NCBI GenBank assembly: GCA_039801225.1
Contig: JBDRUH010000002.1
Location: 285 to 64,284 of the forward strand
Direction: 5' to 3'
Source: a candidate division WOR-3 bacterium
GTDB taxonomy: Bacteria > Hydrothermota > Tepidihabitantia > Tepidihabitantales > Tepidihabitantaceae
DNA length: 64,000 bases
The notes beneath the pieces are model-generated. The model was not told the origin of the DNA. It made no database searches and saw only the letters and a program-made list of their open reading frames with translations. Each line of letters opens with the position of its first letter. The stretch's first letter is position 1. Both the position numbers and the translations under genes were made by a program. Shown here piece after piece: positions 38,811 through 47,070 of this stretch.

Positions 38811-40039
38811 ATCTTATCCCGAACCTCCTGCTTCAAAGCCTCCACCGCCTCCACATTTAATTCGGTAATTCGGGACAGCTCCTCCGGTGAGGCATTAAGC
38901 AAGTCAAAGCCGGTATTTATTCCGGCAGCAATAAATTTACTCTTGAGCCCCTCCTCAATTCCCAACTGGTCCAGGGGTATTTTTGCCGCCCGATTCATAA
39001 TCACCCGGTTCCGATAATCACTCTCTTTGAGCACCTCAATTTTTGTTTGCGTAAGAATGCTGGCAAGCCGGACATTTTGTCCCTTCTTGCCAATGGCAAT
39101 GGAATACTCGGCATCCGGAACTACCACCGTATAGGTATCACCCTCACGAATTATCTCGGAGACCTTTGCTGGTCCTACCGCCCGGGCGATAAACACCTGC
39201 ATATCCCGACTCCATTGAACTATGTCAATTTTCTCACCGGAGAGTTCCTTAATAACATTTTCTATCCTTGATTTACGATAACCAACACAGGCACCAACCG
39301 GGTCAACCCTTTCATCCAGCGAAGCAACCGCCACCTTGGAGCGAAATCCAGGTTCACGGGCAATCGCCTTAATTTCCACCACCCCTTCTTTAACTTCCGG
39401 CACCTCGCGGGTAAGCAGTTTCCGCAAAAACTCCGGATGAGTGCGGGAGAGGTAAACCCTTGGTCCGATCGGCGTCTTTTCTACATGGTGGATATACGCT
39501 TTAATCGGTAACCCCTGCCGGTAGTGATCGGTCTTTAGTTGGTCCCGATTGCGCAGAACCGCTTCAATCAGCCCCAGATTAACAACAATCTCCTCTTTAC
39601 CGATTCGTTGAATCGTTCCGGTAACAATTTCACCTTTTTTCCGGCTATACTCCTCATAGAGTCGGTTGCGCTCCGCTTCCCGCAGTTTCAGCATCAACTC
39701 GTCCGAGGCTTTTCGGATTACCATTCTACCCAGTTCATCAAGGGGCATCTCCATCCTTATCATATCGCCCAGTTTTACATTAGGGTTTATGGCTACCGCT
39801 TCACTTAAAGAAATCTCCAGCCCCGGGTTGTTTACCTGCTCAACCACCTTCTTTGCTAAGAAAACTTGAATTTCGCCCGTTTCCGGATACACATTAACCT
39901 CTGCCTCGGTATTGGCGCCAAAACGTCGTTTAAGACCGGCAACAATACTCGCCCGCAGTGTTTCGCAGACATAAGTGATGTCCACATTCCTAATCCGGGC
40001 AATCTGAGCAATAAGATTGGCAACCTCTTTATTATCCAT
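38798..40039 (-). CDS. nusA: Transcription termination/antitermination factor NusA
   Basis: S1 and KH regions (GEIVTGTIQRI.., PGFRSKVAV, AIGKKGQNVRLAS) and a C-terminal HhH. It overlaps infB by 13 nt. Confidence 0.95.
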   Translation of the reverse strand: MDNKEVANLIAQIARIRNVDITYVCETLRASIVAGLKRRFGANTEAEVNVYPETGEIQVFLAKKVVEQVNNPGLEISLSEAVAINPNVKLGDMIRMEMPLDELGRMVIRKASDELMLKLREAERNRLYEEYSRKKGEIVTGTIQRIGKEEIVVNLGLIEAVLRNRDQLKTDHYRQGLPIKAYIHHVEKTPIGPRVYLSRTHPEFLRKLLTREVPEVKEGVVEIKAIAREPGFRSKVAVASLDERVDPVGACVGYRKSRIENVIKELSGEKIDIVQWSRDMQVFIARAVGPAKVSEIIREGDTYTVVVPDAEYSIAIGKKGQNVRLASILTQTKIEVLKESDYRNRVIMNRAAKIPLDQLGIEEGLKSKFIAAGINTGFDLLNASPEELSRITELNVEAVEALKQEVRDKIWAS

Positions 40040-40075
40040 AACTTTATTCTTTATTCTCCTTTTTCATTTAAGCGA

Positions 40076-40103
40076 TTATAACCACTCTATAAAAAGAGTC
40101 AAT
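40076..40103 (-). promoter_or_regulatory. Candidate promoter of nusA-infB
   Basis: The minus strand reads TTGACT, a 16-nt spacer, then TATAAT, about 36 nt upstream of the nusA ATG. Confidence 0.5.
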
Positions 40104-40229
40104 CTCACTCCCACCTGCGGTCTTATGGCGTCCCGGAGTTCTTCGGTTATTCCTGGCGCAACCATCGTCCACCATAATTCCCTGATGTTTAATATGTTAT
40201 AGCCGCGCTAAATCAAAAATATTAACAAC

Positions 40230-40257
40230 TTGACTTTCATATTGGTTATAGTAAATT
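40230..40257 (+). promoter_or_regulatory. Candidate promoter of the initiator tRNA
   Basis: TTGACT, a 16-nt spacer, then TAAATT, ending 12 nt before the tRNA 5' end. The -10 element is weak. Confidence 0.3.
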
Positions 40258-40269
40258 TATTTTAAGAAT

Positions 40270-40343
40270 TGCGGGGTAGAGCAGCCTGGAAGCTCGTGAG
40301 GCTCATAACCTCAAGGTCGCTGGTTCGAATCCAGCCCCCGCTA
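40270..40343 (+). tRNA. tRNA-Met (anticodon CAT), most likely the initiator tRNA-fMet
   Basis: It is nearly collinear with E. coli tRNA-fMet as I recall it (..GCGGGGT.GAGCAGCCTGG.AGCTCG....CTCATAA....AAGGTCG..GGTTC.AATCC..CCCCCGC). It has a 1:72 mismatch (U/U) and G30-C40 and G31-C39 pairs in the anticodon stem. Confidence 0.75.
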
Positions 40344-40378
40344 TTTCGTAGCAAAACAAAGCCGTTTCAGGAGGGAAT

Positions 40379-40576
40379 ATGTCCGAAGATACAGCAGAAT
40401 GCAAAGGAGGTAAGATGAAAATCATCCATAAATGGCGTGGTCCGGATATAATGGGACCAGTCTGGTTCATCGGCTGGCTCTTCACTATTGGCTATTTACA
40501 CCTCCCCTTTTTCTGGAAGGGCGTTCTCGCCCTCATCATCTGGCCCTATTATTTAGGAAGGGCACTCACCCACTAA
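40379..40576 (+). CDS. Small membrane protein (unknown)
   Basis: 65 aa, with AGGAGG 5 nt upstream of the ATG and two hydrophobic helices rich in Trp and Tyr. Confidence 0.45.
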   Translation: MSEDTAECKGGKMKIIHKWRGPDIMGPVWFIGWLFTIGYLHLPFFWKGVLALIIWPYYLGRALTH

Positions 40577-40651
40577 CCAATTACTTCTTTTCCCTCGGAA
40601 AATGCACGCTGTGACAACGACAATAGTATAGCAGTGTATTATAAAATTGAA

Positions 40652-42292
40652 CTAAATGTCACGGCGTCTTGTCCGCCAGCGTTTGACCACCCCTTCTATG
40701 TCAACTTCACCAGGTCCATCTGACCACCAGCGGGCAAACTCAATATCACCGCTCATCGGCTTCGGGTTAGGCAGGTCAACCATCATCCGTGTCGGCATCG
40801 CTACCGCCTCACCTAAAATTAGCGCCTCACCGGTGCGCAACGCTGGCAGCATATTCATAAGTCCGGCAAGGGAATCCGGCACCAGCCGTCGAACATAGTT
40901 CTGATCTTCCGGATTGGTGAGACGCATTGCAATAAATGTGCCGCATTGCGAAAGGACTGTTTCTGATAGTTCTTTGGGGCGCTGGCTCACCACAATCAAT
41001 CCCACGCCGTATTTCCTACCCTCTTTGGTTATCCGTTCCACCGCAGTGCGTGCAGCGGTGAATCGGTCGTCACTTTTGCTGGGAACATAGTTATGTGCCT
41101 CCTCAAGAACCAAAAGAATCGGACACTGCTCCCTCTGCGGATTCCAGAGGTTAAACTCAAAAACCAGCCGGACAACAAGCGCCACCACCACTTCTACCGC
41201 TTCAGAAGGAACACCACTTAAATCAATCAGGGTAATTCGGTGGGGAGATTCCACTGATAAATAAGAGCGCAAAAGGTCAGGAAAGGTGGCGCTTTTAGTA
41301 TAAGTCGTGGGTTTAAAAATAAAATTATAGCGCGGGTCAGAGAGTTTGCTATCCAGTCGGATAAGAAATTTCTCAAAAGCCCCGTATAGTGGTCCTTCCT
41401 CCAGTTCTCCCTTTGCGTTATAAATCATCTGGATGTTCCACTCCCGAATCATTGAAACCATATCGTCAAAATCAAAGCACACGGGTGAATCAGCGGTAAG
41501 CAGGCTGCCCAGACCAAGTTGCTCCTTGGTATCCCAGGCTTGGCGGGCTCGAACCAGACAGTCACGCAACACCGTAATCTGATTCTTGGCGGTCATTTCA
41601 CTTTTGTCTACTAAGAGGTCAACGAACTCATCAAAGTTTAAAAGCCAATAAGGTAATTCGGCATTCTCCGCTTGAATCAGATTTGACTCTTCCGGGAACG
41701 CTGCTCTATACTCACCGTGCAGGTCAAGGACGACAATATGGGCATTGGCATATTTCTTAATAACCTCTTGGAGAATGCTCGCCACAGTGCAGGATTTCCC
41801 CGAACCAGTTGCTCCCAGCACCGCAATATGGTGTCCGAAGAATTTATCAACATCAATATAAACCCGCTCTCTTTCGGCACTACTGGGATGTCCGAAAGAA
41901 AACCCGAATTCAATAAACTCGGAGAAAATCATCTCTAACTCTTTGGCGGTCACCATCTGAACCGGGTGACCAACATTGGGATAGACAATAACCCCCCGCG
42001 CAAACCGACCGGAGGAAGACAGCGTACCCAAAAGAACACAATCGGCAATCTTCCGGGAAGATGGACTTACCGTTATCTCACCGAAAGGAGCGGTAGTCTC
42101 AACTTTTACCCCGGAAACGATACCAATTATTCGGTGCCCCTGGGATGGTATCTTTACATAAGATCCGGGCTGTCCTGGATAGTAACCATCCATTAATGGC
42201 TTAGTGGTGTCAACTGTCAACTCCACCCGAACCCGCTCCCCTTGAACCTCAACTACATAGCCAATATCAGCTGCAAGGGAATCTTTACTCAT
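40652..42292 (-). CDS. HerA/DUF87-type (FtsK-HerA superfamily) ATPase
   Basis: 546 aa with an N-terminal barrel-like segment (IGYVVEVQGERVRVEL..GSYVKIP). Walker A is HIAVLGATGSGKS and Walker B is PILLVLEEAHNY. It also has GVGLIVVSQRPKELSETVLSQCGTFIAMRL. Confidence 0.8.
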   Translation of the reverse strand: MSKDSLAADIGYVVEVQGERVRVELTVDTTKPLMDGYYPGQPGSYVKIPSQGHRIIGIVSGVKVETTAPFGEITVSPSSRKIADCVLLGTLSSSGRFARGVIVYPNVGHPVQMVTAKELEMIFSEFIEFGFSFGHPSSAERERVYIDVDKFFGHHIAVLGATGSGKSCTVASILQEVIKKYANAHIVVLDLHGEYRAAFPEESNLIQAENAELPYWLLNFDEFVDLLVDKSEMTAKNQITVLRDCLVRARQAWDTKEQLGLGSLLTADSPVCFDFDDMVSMIREWNIQMIYNAKGELEEGPLYGAFEKFLIRLDSKLSDPRYNFIFKPTTYTKSATFPDLLRSYLSVESPHRITLIDLSGVPSEAVEVVVALVVRLVFEFNLWNPQREQCPILLVLEEAHNYVPSKSDDRFTAARTAVERITKEGRKYGVGLIVVSQRPKELSETVLSQCGTFIAMRLTNPEDQNYVRRLVPDSLAGLMNMLPALRTGEALILGEAVAMPTRMMVDLPNPKPMSGDIEFARWWSDGPGEVDIEGVVKRWRTRRRDI

Positions 42293-42368
42293 ATATAATT
42301 ATCTCCCAATATTATTAAATGTCAAATCACCAATTGAGTCGCTGAATTTCAAAATGCAAATCGCCAAC

Positions 42369-43748
42369 CTAAAAACTATCCGCCACATCAGAAATTCGCA
42401 CCTCGTTACAGATTAGCCAAAGGGGAACGCTCATTCCCTGTGGTGCCCGGCGTCCGTAGGTGGAGGACTCATTCTGAGTAACCGAACCGGAGGAGATGGC
42501 AAAAACATTGTTAAAAAGGTTGGGAATAGAGTCGGTAATGCGCGAAGAAAAGATGGGTGCAACAAACTTGCCATCCCTTATTAACAGGGCGTTGAACCGG
42601 GAGGAACCGGTAAATATCCCCCGCGTTGGGTCGGGCATATGAATGTAGTGGAGGTGAGGGATGTAGAGAGCATCACCGGCAAGTTCAACCGCTGATGATA
42701 AATCAGCCGGTCCAGAGCCTGGCACAAAAACCAAGTCCCAGTTCTCTAAGTCATGCCCAGTTGGTTCTTTTTTATATTTCGCGGCAGTTTGGGAGTCGTA
42801 ACAAAGCCCAGCAAACACCCCATTTTCCACCAGTTTGAACAACCGTCGCCTTCTGCCGTTGAAATCAAAAGGCATACCAAAAACCAACGGATTGGTGGGG
42901 TCATCAAGAATGGTGATGTCTTTAGAGAATAGTCTTTCACCAAATTTGTTCTTGGCGGTAAATGCCCTCCCTTCCTCCCAGAACCTGCCGATAAATCCGC
43001 CCCAGATACAAAGGGAAACAAGTTGAGCAATCGCCTGCGGACCAAACACCACCCGATGGTTGCCTACTTCGGTCTTAAACCCGGGATTTTTTTCATAGAT
43101 TGAAAGAAGCGTTTCAAACTCGCTTACAATCTCCTCGGCACTGAACTCAACCGCTTTTTTCTGACTCCTCTCCACTGAGAGCTCCCATTTCTGGGTCTCA
43201 TGCTTGAGAACCAGCACTAACCTGCCGTCGGTGAGTCGGCGATACGCCTCGTTGTCATTGGCAGTAGTAATGTAATAGACCTCAGTTGAGCCAGTTGACC
43301 AGGAGCCGGAGAAGTTATAATCACCCCTGGGTTTGAGCATCTTTATCACCTGGGCACACAAACTCGCCTTCTTTTCCGGGGCGAGCGTCTCAAGGGACGG
43401 GTCATAGCCGGTAGAATCATCAACCGATTCTTCAACCCGACCGAATATCGGCTCATACTCCTTCTCTAAGGCGCTGCGACAGTTTTCCGCCGCCTTATAC
43501 AACGCCTCTTGGAGTTGTTTTGCGGATGTTATATCGGCAGTAATGGAGAATGAACCCACTCGCCTTCCCTCCTGAACCGAAACATCCAGCCGGCTTAATT
43601 CCTCGCCGGTGGAAAGAGCAATTGCCGAGTTGCCTAACCGAATCAAACTGGAACGCTCCCGATGGAATAAAAACTCGGCATTGAGCCCATTTTTCCGTGC
43701 ATAATTCCGCGCCTCTAACAATAGACTACGAATTCTTTCTTCAAGCAT
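42369..43748 (-). CDS. pmbA: TldD/PmbA-family protein, PmbA (TldE)-like subunit without HExxxH
   Basis: Family-typical C-terminal region (YIPHLHYIHM..GIFTGSSRFNALLIRDGKF). I prefer the ATG at 43748, which follows AAGGAGG plus 5 nt, over the track start at 43793. Confidence 0.75.
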   Translation of the reverse strand: MLEERIRSLLLEARNYARKNGLNAEFLFHRERSSLIRLGNSAIALSTGEELSRLDVSVQEGRRVGSFSITADITSAKQLQEALYKAAENCRSALEKEYEPIFGRVEESVDDSTGYDPSLETLAPEKKASLCAQVIKMLKPRGDYNFSGSWSTGSTEVYYITTANDNEAYRRLTDGRLVLVLKHETQKWELSVERSQKKAVEFSAEEIVSEFETLLSIYEKNPGFKTEVGNHRVVFGPQAIAQLVSLCIWGGFIGRFWEEGRAFTAKNKFGERLFSKDITILDDPTNPLVFGMPFDFNGRRRRLFKLVENGVFAGLCYDSQTAAKYKKEPTGHDLENWDLVFVPGSGPADLSSAVELAGDALYIPHLHYIHMPDPTRGIFTGSSRFNALLIRDGKFVAPIFSSRITDSIPNLFNNVFAISSGSVTQNESSTYGRRAPQGMSVPLWLICNEVRISDVADSF

Positions 43749-43873
43749 TTTTTCCTCCTTATTTATTTCCCCATTTGAACCAATTGCGGACAATATCGCC
43801 CGCCTTCTTCTGCTGCGGGGTATAACTCCAGTTTACAGTTTTCATTACATTTTTATATTTCGCCCGCCGTTTA

Positions 43874-45487
43874 CTATTCTAGCATTGTAACCTTGCTGGT
43901 TTTTATTGTGTCTTGGGTTGAAAGCACAAATATATAAATACCAGCGGGAACCCGGCGACCCGTAATATCTGTTCCATCCCAAACGAAAGAGTAAACACCA
44001 GCCGGCAATAGCCCGTCAATTAGTGTTTTAACCAGCCGACCGGAAACATCAAAAATCCTCACATTTGTTCTGCCCTGGGCTGAAAGCGGTATACTGAGAG
44101 CGGTTAGCCCTCTGCACGGATTGGGCTTTGCCGCAAAGGTGAGGTCTGTAACTTTTTCCGTCTTGCCCTCCTCAACCCCACCACCCTGAGTATATTTAAT
44201 CACAAGTATGTCGGGAACATCTGAAGTGTCGTATGCTGTACCGGCAACACACACCTCCTGGTTCGGACCCAGCGCCAACTCACTCATATATTCGGCAACG
44301 GCGTATGAACTGCTGTAACGTCTCACCCACATAGTTTCTCCCTGCGCCGAGTAGCGGATGGTAGCGCAGTCCTCCTTTTTCGTTATGCCTCCCCAAGTGC
44401 TTCCAGTTACATAGACATCGCCACTTTCACTTACGGCTATCGCAAGTCCACCATCGGGTCCGTGAACTGGACCGTCGTACCGAGCAACCCATTTAACACT
44501 TCCGTCCACAGAATACTTGATGGTAACACAGTCGTAGTCGGTCTCAAGAAACTGAGCTACGCCGGTGATATACACGCTACCGTCTCCCCCTACCGCCACC
44601 CCCCTTGCCTCATCCCGCTCATTTGCCGACCCATTGAACCTCCGCACCCAGCAGGTCTCACCCTTATAGTTATACTTGATGGTTAAGTAGTCAAGACTCG
44701 TACCCACACCCTCGCTGCTACCAGTAACGATGGTGTTCCCATCTAGGTCTACAGCAATGTCTTCAACATAGTCATTGTCAACCGGTCCGTCATAAGTTGC
44801 ATGCCAAAGCTCCGAGCCCAAAGAATCATACAACACCGTTAGATAGTCTGCACCAATATGGTGCCAACACTCACCAGCAGTGGCCACCTTCCCTTCAGAA
44901 GATACCGCTACCCCTATTGCAAGGTCCTCATATCCCGCCCCGTCTCTGGTGCGCACCCAGGCAATCTCACCATTAGGACGATACTTGATGGTCATAAAAT
45001 CCCAACTGTAACAGTAGGTATCCCCGCAGATATACACATTTCCTTCTTTGTCCAACGCCAAATCACGAGCAGAGGTACCAAGTCCTTGGAATCTTCTCCA
45101 TAATCTCTGCCCGGAGGAGTCATATTTCACTGTGAGAATCCTGTCATTGCCTCGGCCGGTTACATAGACATTCCCTAACACATCAACACCCAGTCCAAAG
45201 GGTCTATCATCGCCGCCAAAGTCCTCAAGCCTGACCCAAACGCAATCGCCGTTGGGACGATACTTGATGGTAACGAAATCGCCGCTGCTAAAACCAATGA
45301 CATACACATTGCCGGCTGAATCAACCGCAATGCCAGTTGCCTGATCCCAGCCATGGGCTGGACCATCCCACCGCCTCACCCAGGCGGTATCCACTTGCGC
45401 CATTGCTAAGAAAATAACACCCCAAACCATTATTATTACTGCGGAAATTTTAGACTTTATTTTATCCTCCTTCGCCAGTTTGGACAT
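43874..45487 (-). CDS. Secreted SBBP-type beta-propeller repeat protein with T9SS C-terminal domain
   Basis: A signal peptide and about 8 repeats of the form G..A.GVAVD..GNVYVTG......D..TIKY...G...W. The C-terminus is AKPNPCRGLTALSI..VRIFDVSGRLVKTL..GIYIFVL. Confidence 0.8.
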   Translation of the reverse strand: MSKLAKEDKIKSKISAVIIMVWGVIFLAMAQVDTAWVRRWDGPAHGWDQATGIAVDSAGNVYVIGFSSGDFVTIKYRPNGDCVWVRLEDFGGDDRPFGLGVDVLGNVYVTGRGNDRILTVKYDSSGQRLWRRFQGLGTSARDLALDKEGNVYICGDTYCYSWDFMTIKYRPNGEIAWVRTRDGAGYEDLAIGVAVSSEGKVATAGECWHHIGADYLTVLYDSLGSELWHATYDGPVDNDYVEDIAVDLDGNTIVTGSSEGVGTSLDYLTIKYNYKGETCWVRRFNGSANERDEARGVAVGGDGSVYITGVAQFLETDYDCVTIKYSVDGSVKWVARYDGPVHGPDGGLAIAVSESGDVYVTGSTWGGITKKEDCATIRYSAQGETMWVRRYSSSYAVAEYMSELALGPNQEVCVAGTAYDTSDVPDILVIKYTQGGGVEEGKTEKVTDLTFAAKPNPCRGLTALSIPLSAQGRTNVRIFDVSGRLVKTLIDGLLPAGVYSFVWDGTDITGRRVPAGIYIFVLSTQDTIKTSKVTMLE

Positions 45488-46946
45488 TCTTAAACCGCAT
45501 CACCGGCACACCATGCCCAACTTCCATAATCTGATTCGGTTCGCCCTTACCGCAGTTTGCCACCTGAAAGAGTCGCCATGTGGAGCGGTCACCAACCATA
45601 TCCAAGGAGTTCCAGAATTCAATGGTATGTCCTTGATAGGTCGGATTTTTATAAACCTTGGTAATCCTGCCCTCCTTAACCTCCCAGGCGATTTCGCAAC
45701 CAAAATGGAAATGCTCCCGGTTGGAGCCAATTGACCAGGAGACCGGCATATCAAGAATTACGCCATCCTCGGTTGCTTTAACAATATCCTCAAGTGTGCC
45801 ATCCTGCCCCCATTCCACACACACATTGGTCATCCGGTCTATCGGCGTCTTATAGAACCCGGCGGCACGAGCCGAAGCCCCTGATTTTTCCACCACTAAT
45901 TTCCCTGCTTTGGCATTTACTTCAGCGATATCAAGCCTTGATGACAGAACATTTACTAAAATCCCATTTTTTATTAAATAGTAATCGTATTGGGGGGTAC
46001 CGTCATCATCATAGCCAAATGTTCCCGGTGAGTTCTCAACCACCATCACCCGAGCATTCAACTTTTCCGAGCCATAGCGCAGAGTCCCAATCATCTCCGG
46101 CCGGACATGAGAACCACCAGCAAATGAGAGCTCATATCCCAAAATTCGGTCAAGTTCTAATGGATGCCCGATCGTCTCATGGACCTGAAGATGACCCTGA
46201 CCTGGTAACAAAATCACATCCCGTTTTTGTGGTGGCAGAGTTTCAGCAGCAACAATTTCACTTAATTCCCTTTTGATACGCTCGGTATGTTCGGCAAAGG
46301 CAGAAGGGTTGATGAGCCACTCAAAACCACGTGTTCCGGTCCCATCCGAGTCAAGGTCAAAACTCCTCCGTTGACTTCTCCCCTCTTTATCGCGAGCCAT
46401 CACTGTCATATCGGCAAAGATGTTCATCACCCACCGCTCAATCTCACTTCCTTCGCTGTTAAAATAAAACACCCGCCGCTTCTGAAACGAAACTCCTACC
46501 ATCCGATGCTCCACGACTTTATCCTTAAGTTTTTCGTCAATCCCCTTGAGAAAGGCGAGTTTCTCATTAAGCGGTAGTTCAAACGGGTCTTCCTTAAAAG
46601 GCGGTTTATAGTTGCCCTTAATCGGCTCAGCCCTTCCCATATCCCTTGGGAAACCTAAAAGATGTGCTGCCGCATCCGCATTTGCCTTTGCCCGGTCAAA
46701 ACAACGGGAAATTGAATCTAAATCGGCAGTTGCCGCAAATCCCACCGCACCACCTTTAATGAGCCGGACGCCGATTCCCCGTTCAAACTGCCGATAGTTA
46801 ACCTCAAGGTTACCATCGTATAGAACCAGCCGTTCTGTTGAATCCTCGTCATAAAACCGGACATCAGCAAAACTACAGCCTGAATCAATCATTCGGTTAA
46901 TTTCACCCTTAATAATTAAGGCGAGTGAATTTATTGAACCACTCAT
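45462..46946 (-). CDS. tldD: Metalloprotease TldD
   Basis: HETIGHPLELDR (HExxxH) and GGSHV.. motifs. The ATG at 46946 is preceded by AAGGAG, whereas the track start is 46973. Confidence 0.85.
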   Translation of the reverse strand: MSGSINSLALIIKGEINRMIDSGCSFADVRFYDEDSTERLVLYDGNLEVNYRQFERGIGVRLIKGGAVGFAATADLDSISRCFDRAKANADAAAHLLGFPRDMGRAEPIKGNYKPPFKEDPFELPLNEKLAFLKGIDEKLKDKVVEHRMVGVSFQKRRVFYFNSEGSEIERWVMNIFADMTVMARDKEGRSQRRSFDLDSDGTGTRGFEWLINPSAFAEHTERIKRELSEIVAAETLPPQKRDVILLPGQGHLQVHETIGHPLELDRILGYELSFAGGSHVRPEMIGTLRYGSEKLNARVMVVENSPGTFGYDDDGTPQYDYYLIKNGILVNVLSSRLDIAEVNAKAGKLVVEKSGASARAAGFYKTPIDRMTNVCVEWGQDGTLEDIVKATEDGVILDMPVSWSIGSNREHFHFGCEIAWEVKEGRITKVYKNPTYQGHTIEFWNSLDMVGDRSTWRLFQVANCGKGEPNQIMEVGHGVPVMRFKNVQTGEGG

Positions 46947-47070
46947 AAAAACTCCTTGTTTTAGAATTAGCAAGGCTACCCCGCGTCAGGGGGATTGCCC
47001 TACATCTTCCAACCTATAATTAAGACCTGATTTTCGGTCCGAATCGAGCTGATTGCCTTCCACTCCATAA

